NCBI GenBank assembly: GCA_012295275.1
Contig: CM022671.1
Location: 29,698,001 to 29,762,000, forward strand
DNA length: 64,000 nucleotides
Source: Chrysomallon squamiferum
Taxonomy: Eukaryota > Animalia > Mollusca
Direction: 5' to 3'
A program made the translations under genes and the position numbers. Positions 41,701 to 56,300 of the stretch are shown here, piece by piece (the stretch's first letter is position 1; each line of letters starts with the position of its first letter). The notes under the pieces are model-generated. The model saw only the letters and a list, made by a program, of their open reading frames with translations. It did no database searches and was not told where the DNA came from.

Positions 41701-44098
41701 TGTCCATCTCTTTCACTTTGTTCTGTTTGGCCTGCTGTAGCTGCTGGAACTGGAAGGCAGCGTGACGCACGAAGGCAACATATCGGTTTCTGCAATTTAT
41801 CAATGAAAGAAAATTTTAATAATTAAAAAAATCCAGAAAATTTACATAAATTACTTATTTAAGATCTTGTGTTAAGCATATGGATTGTCATTAATATATA
41901 AAGGTAATTTCAGTTTCAGCAGGAAAATTTTCCCCTTTATTTATTTTTTTCTTCTCACTAACATATATCATGTAACACAAAGAATATAACTTATACAAGC
42001 AGTCAACATTCTTAAAAATGTATATATATTTTTCAATAATCTAACCATATGGAAAAGTATTTTTTAACAAGATTTGAATAAAAACCAATCGATTTCTCAC
42101 TTTCTTAATGTAAAACATGATATACATTTATAAAAAAATTATGAAATACATTTATAAAAAAAAAAAAAAAAAAAAAAAAATTAAAAATAGAAAACTAACA
42201 AAACCGCTCAACTTAAATGGACACTAATAAATATACACAAGTCACTCACTCAACAAATGCTTCTATCAACTCCTGTCTCAAACAAGCCAGCTTGTGTCTG
42301 TGGTTTTTAGGGTAACCCTGATCCCTCACTTCTTTACTCAGCTCATCACTGTCAACTGCAATATCAATAAAAATTGGGTAAGTATGGGAAGAAAAAACAC
42401 CCTGTATACATAATTGTGGATTAGAATACATCTGGTCAAAGAAAATTTTAATTTATTAGTAAGGAAGGCATAGCTTTTAAATTATTTTTAATTTTCTTAT
42501 TTTGTAGGGTTGTTTATAAAAGATATCTATTACTGTAATTATGGTTAACAATAGAGAAGCATATTTAAACAAGAGGGGGTAGACTACAAATACATTAAAT
42601 GTTAAGAATTCAGTCTCCAAGAGGACAATAGTTTATATACTAATGATTACATTTAAGAATGGTATAATTTTTTTTTTTTTTTTTTTTTATGTCTTAATAT
42701 AATCAGTTCTCCATCTTTCATTTAATATGAGTATAATAAATGTATTTTAAAAAATTTATGAAATTTTTTTTTTTAATATATAATTGTAATGTAGTATTAT
42801 TAAAAATACTATCAGTTACCTGGAAGATAGTTGACATCAGGAGGAAATGTTCTGAGCAGGTCAAGGACGTAATGTCGCTGATCATTACCAATTATTCCCT
42901 GAAAATTAAATCAAAATATACTTTTTACTGACATTATATTTCTTAAAAAAATTTTTAACATATTTAAAAAAATTAAAACTAGCCAAAAATAAAAAATATA
43001 ATTTTACTACAGCAGAAAATATCAGTTAACACACATCTGTGCTGAGCAAAAAAAACTAAATTTTATTTACTGTCCACAACTTGATATAAACTGTAAAAAC
43101 AAGTGTGTAAATGACACATTATTTGTAAAACTGACTATTCAAGTAGCTCTATATTCTTCAGAATCATCAAGTGAACAGAAAATAATAAATTCTTGAAGAA
43201 AAAGTTATTACACACCTTGCACTCAATGGATGAATACAGTTCTATTTCTTCATCTTTGTTATTTAGCACCCTTTAAAAAAAACACCAGTAATGTTATAAA
43301 GATTTAGGTGAAAGAAACATTATATAATCCAAGATACAATTTGATCAAAATATTTTAAAGGTCAAATAAATATTATTGTGAGATATTTTCTGTGTCAATG
43401 TAAAATTTATCTAATTATAGTTTTTTTATACTGAATTCAGCTATTATATTTCAAATCTAAAAAAAAAAAAATAAATTTAAAAAAATTTTTTAGTAAGACA
43501 TTTCTAAAACAAGTTTACTTACTTGTGTGGCCTAATCTTCAACTGCTGTGCAGTTTTTGAAGCTGAAAAGAAATGTATTTAATGAAAATATAATACAGTT
43601 AAACTAAAGAGATCAAAGATAAATAATTCTTTATATATGAGGATTCTCTAAAATATTTATTACTGCCAAATCTATTATTACTTGCAATGAAAATTCATAA
43701 ATTTACTTGACGAATAAATCAAATGTTTCAGCATTTGAAATCAAAATATGTAAATATAACTTAGCTAAAAATGTTTCTGCACTCCAGAAGTAAAAGAACA
43801 TTATAATTAAGTTAATAAAATAAAAAAATAATAAAAAATAAAAAATAATAAATATATATATATATTTGATAATGACAGACTATATGAAGATCCACTGGTT
43901 TAATGAATTTGCAAGTATTTTTGAAAATCATACCAGCTCTTTGTATTTTTCATGTGTAACAACTGTTTTGCCAAAATCTACAGATCCGTAGACCACTGAC
44001 TGTTCTTGTTCTCTCTCGAGAATTCCTAAATAAAATAAATATTATTCTGTTTATTTTAGAAAGTATCAAATGCCACAAAAAATGTTAAAATTTAACTG

Positions 44099-44143
<45 letters not shown>

Positions 44144-47100
44144 GCATTGTCAGTTTCAGCCCATACTATTGTTATTTATTCATTTAAAAAGAAAAGAAGA
44201 CAAGATTTTACTGAAACCAAAGACTTAAACATATCTGAGTTTACATGTATAACTATTCTAAAGATCTACAAAATTTTTGATCTGAATGTTTAATATATAA
44301 AAGTTTAGTGATGTATTTGCATCTGCAAACTGCAAGGAATATAACATGAAGTGTTAGAAAAAGTGGGTACAAACCTGGGATAATGGATTGAGCAGTAACT
44401 CGGTAACCACGATAGTCAATGACAACAGTTCCTAAAGTGTACAGATTTTCTGGATCAATTCCAAAGTATGCTTTAACTCCCTGCAAGTCACTTCCCTGAA
44501 AAAAAAAGAAGCAAGAATTATCAGGGTATTTTGGTTAATGTCCTGCAGGTGCACACTCTAAACCACACCCTAATTGTAATTTATTACTTTTAAATCAAGT
44601 AAAATATTAAACTATAAATCTATTGACTTAAATATTTCCTGACTTCCAACAAAGGCGATGATGACTTTCTTATAACGAGCAAACCATCATTACTCCATGA
44701 AACTACACTTAGCAGCAAGTGATCTATGACTTGCACTCCCCCACAAACAGGAAAGCACATATAATCACCACTGGATAAACCAGTATAACATACTGATTAC
44801 TGTTCAGAAACAAGTCAATGGTGCTCTAAAAAGGACTGATCATGCGATCTAAGGAAGAATATTCATTGGCCTTTGATAAATCATTATATGGGGAAATGAA
44901 TCCAAGGGAGATACTAATAAGCATAGAATGCTTAGAATTCGTATCTGGAAAAATCATGGTGACAACCTATCTGTGCCAACTGTTAGATATACCCAATGAT
45001 GTATTGTATAACAAGTTTTAAATTCTGTACAACAGCCACCTGTGTATAACAACTACTACTGTCTGGCTGTCAAAGACATGATACATGTACTGAAAATTTA
45101 GAAATTTTTAGAACTAAAACATACCGGAGCATAGTAAGCTGCAGCATCACCTCCAAAGTCTTTGTAATGATCCTTAACATCAAAACCCAGACTGAAGAAA
45201 ATGTTGTTCCAGATAAACATCTGCATTCTGTAATACAGCAAAATCAAGTATGTGAATATTAAATGCCATTAAATATTTTCACTGAAGGTGTGAATATATA
45301 AAGTTTAAACTGTGTGAAATAATTCAGGATTTGAGAAATAACATGTACTGCATCCTCGGTAAAAACTAAAGTTAAATATTTAACCAAAGATATGATAGAG
45401 AAATTATTACATCCCATATAAAATGGTTAAATTCTATCACATACTTTACATTATGTCACATGTATGTTCAAATATAAAACACAGAATATGACATCCTAGA
45501 GATAAAACTAAATTATTTGAAAAAAAAAAAAAAAAAAAAAAAAGAAATAGTCAAACATATGTTGCAGTCGATATTAATTATAATGTATTCCATCCTTTGA
45601 AAGATGAATACTTATGTTAATTTATTCAGGTAATCTGTTTTTAACCATTCCATCTGTGACAAGAAATGCTGTAGATACTTAGGATGTCAACCCAGTATAT
45701 CAGTTGAAAACTTTATTCAAGTCAATTATAATAAAAAAAAAAATAAAAAAATTCTTTTTATCTCACTTTGCATCTTCACCAGGATTAATGGCCATAACAT
45801 TTCCATCAATGACGGCCACCGCACCACGTGTAGCAGCTGCTACAAAATCACTGTGTACCTGCACGAGAGAGAGAGAGGAAACAATAGTTGTTTAATTTTT
45901 CACTCATGGACATTGTGTAGAATATTTAAAAATAAATTTAAAAAAAAACAACTTTTTATTTGAAATACTATGTAAGAGGATAATTATTAAAGCTTTAATT
46001 ATTTAAAAAAATAAAAAATAAACTTTGTGCTGAATTAATAAATTTTGTTACTTTGAAAATGGCTCTCTCTCTGATAAGTCTCTCAGGCAGGTTTTTACGA
46101 GACAGTTCTCTTGTTGTTTGTATTTCCTCGTTCCAGTCTCTCGTCTGACCAGGAATATGTTCTTCATAACCCAATCTCGTGGAAAATGCTAAAAAAAACC
46201 AAAACATTATAATCTTCCAATATTATTTAAATATTATACAAAATATGCAAGAGCTACATGACACTTATGTTAATAGTAATATTTTTGTTATGAATATTAC
46301 AAAATGTCTGGAAAAAAAAATTATGAAGAAAAAAATTCTAATTATCTAAATGAAAGTTTAAAAAAAAACTACTTCTTTCATGTATTTTAGTAATGCAAAT
46401 TTTATGTAAAACTTGGTGTAAAAAGGCTGTGAAAGATATCTTATGACTTGATTGTGAAAATGCAACTGTAAATAAAATCAATAATTAATTTCAGTTTGTA
46501 GACAATCAAAAGCCTCCATTAAATAAGGAAATAAAAAAATTAAAACCTGCTGGTTGAGGATTTATCCATTTTTATCAAGTATAACCAAAAAAAACATTTT
46601 TTTTTAATAAAGAACGTTTCATCATTCTTCCAATGTTAAGCTAATATAGTTCTAATCAGTAACTTATCAAGACACAGAAGCAAACTCCCGAGAATGTCTA
46701 TGTAAGAAAAACTTAAAATATCATCTTGTTCTTACCATCCTCTGCTCTGATGTAGTCAATGACATGATCAGGGTGAGGGGCCATCCAGCTGTACACCTGG
46801 TATGGACTAGGCACACGTTCAAATGGGTGTTTCTGTGATCTCTTTTTCAACAATGTGGAGAAATTCTTTTTAAATGCTGGGCTAATCTGTTTGGAAAAGA
46901 AATAATAAAATATGTATTCACTGGAATTGAAATATTTTATATTTAAAGTTTATGTCTCTATATTAGTCCTGTCTTCTTTTTCTCTTTTTCTTTTTTATTT
47001 AAAATAAAGTTATGGTAATTTTTAAAAAATAAATCAAAAAAAAGTTTTATTCAAGAAAGTATTTTGTATAAAGAAAAGCAAAATAATTCAAAATTTACTT

Positions 47101-50100
47101 TTAATGTGTTCTCTCAAACATTTACTTGTAACCAATCATAAATTATCTTTTTTTTCATTGGTTTACATTGCAAAAACCTGTTAAAACCTGTTTTTGTTGT
47201 AAAATACAAACAATTTTGCAAATACCTGGTTGAGAAGATCAATGAGGGAATGTGATAGGTATTTAGGCTGAGCAGCCTTAGGGTTGAAGTCATCTTCGGT
47301 TGATCTGAAAAGTTAAGAAAATAAACTTGTAAGACTAGAAAAGCCTTATTATTAAAACTGTTGGTTTATTTTTTTATTATGTAACAGAAAATTACAAACT
47401 ATAAATTTAACATAATTCAAAACCATAACACTTTTTCTCAGCTTTAACATACACAATTTTGAAAAACAATTATTTACTTCTGAACCTATCTCATAATACA
47501 AGATATTATGTACAAGGAAAGCAGTCACAAATACAATCTTAAGAAAACAACAAAGAAACAAAAGCACTGTTTATAAACAAATTTACAGAGTGATTACACC
47601 ATCTTTAGTAATTTATTTAGAAAGTGTTTGCAACTTGAGTGTACCTGGAATAGATGCTAATGAGGAACAGATAGTTTGGTATAAAGTTTAACTCACTGAT
47701 TAAGGTAAAAACCTCGAGTAGATGCTGTCACATGATACTTCTTGTCCTCCAGAGTCACAACATAGAGATAAAGCAAGTCACCTGTCAACAAATTAAACAA
47801 ATACCACTACGATGAAATTGAAAATAAAAAACAAACAATCCAAAAAACTGAATTTCAGATATTGCACACGGTATTTATATATGAACAAATGAAAGAGAAT
47901 ACTTTTTTAAAATTTTAAATACTTGAAAACATTTTATGGAATATATATCCTATATATTATTAAAAAATAAATAAATATAACTACAACAAAAGAAACAATC
48001 AATCAATTACACTGTTACATCTATCACTATTTAAAAAGTTATTCCACATATCAATTTAAAAAATAACATTTTAAAAATTAAAACATTAGCTCTATTAGTA
48101 GTTGTAATTCAGAAGTATAAATGTACAGGGGCAACATTTTGGAATTATTTTAATGTATACTGAAGACCAATTTGAACAGGTGTATATTAAGAAAACTGAA
48201 CGTACCATGCATTCGTCTGTTGCCTGGAGGTGGATTCCAACCACTGTATGTGAGAACTTTCAGACATGTTGGACCCTGTTAACAGACAGGTATAGGTAAT
48301 AATTAAAACATGTCTTTGATAGCTGATGTTTGGAACATCATGTAAATATAGAAAAACATAGCCTTTACATACACACACACACACACACTGTAGGTATATA
48401 AATCAGTATAATTCAAACCTACCTTTTCTCTGCAGATTAAATTCTATATAAATTTAAGTCTTATATATAGCTTGTATAGATAGTCTCTACAGTTATTTTA
48501 TATAATATTTTTAATAAAGGTTCCATAATTTCCTTTAGACCTTTGTTTCTCTCAACATATGAACTAATATTATTATCCATTTGCATTTGTGTATAAAGTT
48601 AAATATTGATTATCGTATTACATGAGTGACTTTGTACACATTATGATAATAATACCTTGAGTTCTTTTACTGCTGGATGCAGGGGAGTTAAAGGTCTTGT
48701 GTTGGCTGATGGCATTATGTACTCAGGTGGGGTGCAGTCCATGGAACTTTGGGCTGACCGTTTCTTTTCTAAAAATAGGATTCTGATCAGATAATTACTT
48801 TAATACTTCTGTAATAGATAAATAAGTCCATTGTTGCCGTATCTATTTTCTAATCATACAGCAGTAAAATTTATATCATAAGTTAAACCCTAGAATTTAA
48901 ATACAAAAAAAAAAAAAATAATAATAATAAAAAAATAATATACAAATTTAAAGTAGTATTTTAGTTTATGAATTAAAAAGTAAAAACTACAAATGAGATA
49001 CAGGCATAAAAAAAAAATCCCCACCCCCAAAAAAAACACTTCAAGAAAGACAAACAGGGCAAATCAATAAATTATACCATTTAAGACGTAAACAGAAGAA
49101 TTACAACAAATTTATAATCCGAACCTAGGATGTCACCCGCAGTTATTGTGTTGAGGAAGGACAAAGAGTTGCAGTCAATTCCGTTGTACGCATCAGCAGG
49201 ATCCACAGATTTCAGCAAATCTCTGACGTGTCGAACGTGAATCCTTGCTTCTCGTACTGTGTAAGGCTCTGAAAATTTGAACAAAATAAACTTTTAATCC
49301 TTTCATAGGAAGCCTAGATATGAAACTTCCTTATGAAATGATTTACTGATTCGTTAAGATTCTATTTACAGTCACTGTTTCTAGGGCATGTAGAGATAAA
49401 GAGTAATAGTTGTATTTAAAAAATACTGATGTTATTAATTTTAATTATTATTTTTTTTTATCTTAGTTATACTGACATTATTAGTTTTTATTATTATTTT
49501 TTTTTTGTCTTTGTTTAATGTCAGAAAACATTCAAAAAATAAAATAGAACAATAATGAAAAATCTGAATAGTATTAGTTTAGATATGTTTTATTCCTAAT
49601 CCTTTACATACAAGATAAACAAAAGTAATAACAAATAAAAAATGAAATAAAACAACAAAATTTAAATTAAAATGCATTAAAATAAATGGAAATAAAAAAA
49701 AATGAAAATAATATTTTTTCTTCGATGACAAACCTGTAAAAGAGATTTATTTGCTATCTAATTAAAAATTAAACTAATCCAATTTCTTATTAGATACAAA
49801 AATCAAAATACAAAAATACCTGACCATCAAGCCTAATGAAGTAAAACAAATCTAAATCTACCTTCTACTACTTTAAGGTGAGACCCTTCTTCTAGACCCT
49901 CAATGGTCTTCAGTTCTGCGAAGTTGTCCAGTGTGACACCGTCCAGCTGCAGAGAAAAACATGTCCTGTGACACGTATCTTCACGATCCATCAAAACCTG
50001 GTGGATCTCCTGAACCAGCTCCATAGAGCTCACCTGATAAAAATAAACACTTCTTGAACTGCAGGACAGCACACACCAAAGTTATAAAAGAATACACATA

Positions 50101-53100
50101 TTTGTAATAAATAACCTATCACCAGTAATACCTGATTAAGGCTTCTTATAGTAATTTTGATATATTATCTATTGTTACAAGAAATAAAATAATATTCTAA
50201 AATATTTTATATATATAAGCTTTTATCTTTTAAAAAAAAAATAATAATTTAAACAAAGTGCTTCATAACAAAGCATAGTGCTTTATTTTGAACTGGAAAT
50301 AAAATGATAAATTCTAAATTAAAATGAATTTAGTAATTCATTACGTCCATGAAAGTTTAATAAAATTCAATTAAAATCATTTGAATACATTCTCTAGCAG
50401 TAAATTAGTTTTGATATCCCTTCCTGCCCATCAGTAACAGAAATTCTTAAAACTGACCTGAATTTTTTATACATTTTTTTTTTCAAAATGACTTTTTACG
50501 ACAGATCTGTAAGAATGGAAATGTACGTAATTGTTACTAACAGGCAGTTCAAATGATTCAATTCCTGGTGCAGAAAGTTTGACTGTGAAACCTGTATCTT
50601 GTATGAGAACAAGTTCCTGTTCTTTCTTTTCATCATCGTCCGACTTCTCGTGATCTGCATCATCTGATTTTTCAGGCACTGTCGGGCTGCCTGGGGCACT
50701 GTCATCTGAACTCTTGTCCTCAGAACCAGAGTCGTCAGTCCCATTTATCTCCATATCTTCCACTGAAAAGATAAAACAGTTTAAACTGAAAAACTAATTA
50801 TTCCAGATTTGTTTTAAATACAAAATGTCCAACACTGAGCCAGCAATTCCTGAGACCGAAGATGGCAGTATTATGCTATCAGAAATCAGATACGGAAGGT
50901 GCCATATTTGAATTGTATGAGCAGTACAACAGTTTATTACCTTTTACCTTCTTAATTATGATCTAAATACAAGAGAGGTCATCTTATAATGCTGTATTTT
51001 CCATCTAAAAATTGAAATCTTTTACCCAGTATGAAATCGATCAGAACTGCACAAGCAATCCATAGTAATATTGGTTAACAAGTTTGATATACAGATATGA
51101 AGTATATTTGACTATTTTTAATAAAAGCAGCATGATCATTATGAATGTTACACACCTTTTGTATCACTGTGAAATCTGTTATTCAGCACTCTAAAATTAC
51201 TGTTATCTTTCAGATAATCAAAAACAATGCATACTTTCATGTTCATTGAAATACAGTAATACTTCACTGATACTCAACAGATGTTAAAGAACTCTTCTCT
51301 GTTCCAATAACACCTGAACTGAAAGAAACCTAATAGCCAGAGATAAAACATTTTATCAGTGATTACAGGAACAATGATCAGACCCATAGTTACCATGCAG
51401 TTATTACCTTCCTATGATTATTTGTGAAACAATTGAATTCTGTTTCTTTCTGTTTATTTTTTTTATGTAAATGAAGCTGATTTATACACCTTAGATTTTA
51501 TATCTGTAGTTTAACCACTGCACTTGAATTTCAAATGTTTATATTTTTAAACTGTCTACAGAATTCTAATGAAAGTTACACTTAGCATTAATAAAACAGA
51601 AAGAAAATGTCAGAAATGAAACTTGTTTTGGAAAGCAGCAGATTCTTTTCCAACCATTCTTGACTAACTGAAATATGCAATACTACTACTACTACTCACA
51701 TTGTGGATGTTCATAGTTTTTAACAGATGAACAGAAGAACAGTCCAGTTATATTCAGTACAAGAAATAAACGTCTGCATTTCAGGTAATGTAAAACTTGT
51801 AAAAAGATTTTTACTTCATTACAAATTTATACAACATGATAATTATTAAGTAATTCTCTTAGAAAGGCCTTTCCCCACAGCATCCAGAACAAAAATTTGG
51901 TTTAACACCTGAAATAAATTACTTTATTATTGTAACATTTTCCCCACTTGGATTCAAGATAAATGTAAAGATATTTGTTTTTGATATATTACATTTAATT
52001 TGGATATATTACTTTTAAGGGAATCTATTATTATTATTAATAAAATATATTTTTTCAATGTTGAACATGTATGTGGATCATGTTTTAATCACTTGAATAA
52101 TCTTTATTTTTAAACACAATACACTACATGTTGTCAAAACATAAATCATTGTCTAGGACTTGGTGATAAGATCTTGTTGCCTTCCAGTGGATAGCATTTC
52201 TTGAGATCAATGTAAAGTCTTGTGACAGAAAGAAAACTAGTACCGTGTACTGTAAAGTTCACCAAGACAGGGCATGAACTACCCATTTTATCTAACCAGT
52301 AAATTAATGTTGTATTATTTAGGTATTCAATGCCAATAATTTAATGTGCATGTCTTATAATGCGTAGATATGGTTATATGTATTAACTGGTTGGTCAATA
52401 TAAAATTAGTTTTTATTTTATTTTTTTTATTTTTTAAAGCATTAACAATAACAAAAACAAGCTAATGGGGGTCAAATAACTTAAATAAGGGTGATTAAAG
52501 GAATTTTTTTTAATTTATTTTGTTTTTTAAAATGTTTTTATAATATTTATCACTGAGAATTTAATAAATATATATCTTTGTAGCATATCCAGAAATTAAA
52601 ACCAATTATTAGGCATCTAACCACTTCTGATTTTAACACCAGTTAACATATGAAATATGGAATCACAAATACCTACCAGTTTCCACTCTCACGGCTATGA
52701 ACAGGAATACAAGATGTACAGTTATCACACAAAACCATACAAAACATGTAACTGAAATATTAATGATGTGTGTTCATGTACTGGTACTTGCACAAAGAAC
52801 AGAGAACAAACAAGTCTATAATCTCTCTTATGACATTGAGAATAATCTGATTTTCCACTGACTGCTTATTCTTATTAATGTTAATCTGAAATGGTTTACA
52901 GTTGCTGTTCTCTTTATTCAATTAACATGTATGACGTAATGTGTGTATCTTGATATACTTCATTAAAGTACATTCAGTCTATTTTAGTACAACAAATGTT
53001 TATGTATGTGAAGTAAATTTAATTACATTAATATTGAAGAACTAAATGATTTTAAACATTTTAAAATTGTTTTTATAAACTTTTTTTTTAGTCAAAACTT

Positions 53101-53330
53101 TTGTGGAAGTTATAAACATATTTTATCCTTTAGGTAAATGTTTTAAATCAAGCTTTAAAAATGTTAAAGCTTTTCCCACCATTCTACAAACAAAATAATA
53201 CTGCATAATGTTAATGAAACTTGAAACAGTCCAAAATCTTAATTTGTGGAAAAAGACATTCAGTATAATGTAATATATCATGGCACAACTTGGTCAGTAT
53301 TATATATATTATATACATAAAAACAGTATA

Positions 53331-53363
<33 letters not shown>

Positions 53364-56300
53364 TATAATGTGTATGTATGTATTTACCACTAATTAATCC
53401 ATATTTATCGATTAGTTTAGAATAGTTTTAATGTTTTAATGTCTGGTTTGTTCACGTACATTTTGTAAACAGCATGTTTTCAAGATTCCAAAGGATGACA
53501 ATAGATCAGTTTTAAATTTAAATTTCAAGTATTGGTAATAACTGTTGCAATATCACTATTATAGTACCTCACAAAACAGATGCTATGACCTTTCACTAAC
53601 ATTTTTGAAACAAAACCTTTCAGAAACTAGGTAAAAAGTGTTTGTGATAAAGATGGCTTACATTAGGTTGGAAACATGTGGGGGTGTTTATCGTGTGACC
53701 TTCAGTAAGGGGTCAAAACGTGCAGTTCTTTCACCACAGCGTTCTGAACAGTACAAGGTTTTCATTATTAAACAGGTACACTGTAATGCACACCAATACA
53801 AAAACTAATTTTCATATATTCATGGTACACACTTTCCAAATCTGAATAATCATTCGTGGACATTTGCCAGTGGAAGACAACAAATTCTATCTGGCCAGTT
53901 AATCTGCATGAACATCAGGTGCTTGTACAATTCACCCATACTGTGTGATCCCACTGGCAGCTGAAGAGATTTGATTTCAGAATATCTTGATTCTAAGAAG
54001 AATTAGCCTTTTTACAAAGAAGATAAAACTATTTTTAATTCATTTTTAAATGCTTTATAACATCAACAGACTAAGTCTTGCTTGAAAACAATGAACCAAT
54101 ATTTTAAATTTAAAATAGGATAGATACATACATATAATTTTGAATTTGATACTCAATTATGATTTTAAATTAATAATCTGCTTCCTTTCTCACTGTTTAC
54201 TCCTTATCGAAACCTCACTTCCCTGTGTACACAATTTGAAAGGCCATTTTTCTTTTATCAGAATTTTTTTTTTCATCTGTTAATTATCTATAAATAACCA
54301 TATTATTTCTTTCGCAGCACTGTTAAAATGAAATACAGTCTAAAACTTTCAGGGTTAATGTCAAAACTTAAAGCAGTGCATAAAGAAAATACAATTGTAC
54401 AAATATTATCCGTAGAGGATGTTTTAACCTTTTTGCAAACGGTCGTAGATAATGACATTCAAAATAAAACATTTTAAATACAACAAAAGTTAGAAAATTA
54501 ATATACAAATCAACCCAGTTTTAATCTTTTAGCCATTTTCAATCAGGTTTTCTCAAAATGTTATTTGGAGGAATGCAGTCATGTAAAATAATATGTGACA
54601 TTACAATCAGTTGAATGATTTTAGTAAAAAGAACAATCTGCCTTTTAAACTGTACATCATTACATACAATGAAAATATCATACAAATTATTTACAACTTT
54701 TCTTGCAGTATGTGGTTTTTCAACTATTTTATTTATGCACATAACTGAATGGGAACAAAATTTAGTGGGGTTAACAAAAAAATGTTTAAACTTTACAAAC
54801 TGAAAACTTATACCCTCCTTGTTTATGTTTGAAGAAGCAGTAGTTGGCTTTGAACCAGCATGAACTTCAGAACAAGACAGACATGTCCGAGTTGGCTTAC
54901 TGACCTGATTCATTCAGGTTAAGCAAAACTTTTGGTCTTTTAGGTATTGGTGATTATTAAAGTTAGAATCAAACTGAACAACTGTATAGCATAGTCTAAT
55001 TACTCTGCTGTTACCAGTAAAAAATGATCACTGATTTGTTGTTTCTACTTTTTCAGTATGGTTTAGTGGGGTTTTTTAAATTAAGCTTAGAGGAATGCTA
55101 GTTTTTGGCAGAGGGGAGAACAACTGTATCCCAATGGTTTCTTTTGTCAGTGAAACTTATTTTCTGCCTTTTCCTTACATTTATGTTAAACTAGCAATAC
55201 AGAGTGGCTGTAGATCTTTCAGTCTAGATGGATAATCTGTGATTGTTGACAGTTATATTTACAAGGTTTTGGTCCTGTCTTGACCACAGTTGAAAATGGC
55301 TGGAAAAGAGGTAAACGTTTTTTGTATATAATCTTACATACAACAGAATTGGATGAATAAAAATAAATACATGAGCACTGACCTGAAACGAAGGTGACAT
55401 TGTCAGATATAAAATAATAATTCGAAACTCATAGTCAAATGCAGTGCTTTAGGATATTTTAAAATGTACAAAGCAATTAATCAGTCCAAAACTATTTGTA
55501 TTCATTCTATGCTTACAGTATGTACAACAGATTCTGAAATCAGCACACTCAAAAGATTGTAATATGTCACAGGTGGTGGGGAGGGAAGACTGCCAAAATA
55601 CGCATAATATTCAGAGACCGAAGTAACAAACTTTGAGACCAACTCATATACCCGTATTCCATTACAATTATAGGTTATATAGTTTATAAAAACGTAAACA
55701 GACCATTATTACTTCATTTATTTTATTTATGGTGTTTAAAAGTCCCTAAGTACATTTGTAAAGTTTCTAGTAACTTTTATGTTTTCAGTCTTTTATAATA
55801 TAACAAAATGTACTCAGGCTGTATGCTTAACCAGCATGTGCTACACTTTACAACAATATGTACAATCAAGTCTAGGAAACAATGTAAAAACTACAATGTC
55901 ATGCTCTTCAGAAGTGACCTAGAAACATCCTAGAACAACAACCTAGATACATCACAAACTGATAATGACACTAACTTTCAACACATTTATTAAGAAAAAC
56001 AAAACTGTACAGTATTTAATCAGCAAACTGCAATGATTACCTCCAATAAGCTTTTAATCCCAAAACAGATTAACATACATACAATTTATATACAAAAAAT
56101 GAACATACAAACCCTAACATTTCGTGTTTCTGACGATGTATTCATCTAAAATGTAGTGTATGTGCATTGTCATTCAGTCGTGTGACAGCCAGTTTTTCAA
56201 CAGACGAACTAATTATACTTCAGACTTTGTGCAGGTAAAGACAGGCACTTATGGCATTTTGGGTTTCATAATCCTTGCACAACAAAGCAGAAACATGAAA

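Noticed and set aside
50826-50912. Intronic hairpin ATGGCA...TGCCAT with a downstream ACA as another H/ACA RNA
   Set aside because: No H box after the hairpin, no convincing second hairpin and no rRNA target recognised.
56109-56118. AACCCTAAC as a telomerase RNA template (also near 26226)
   Set aside because: A short match expected by chance; no pseudoknot or H/ACA domain is evident nearby.
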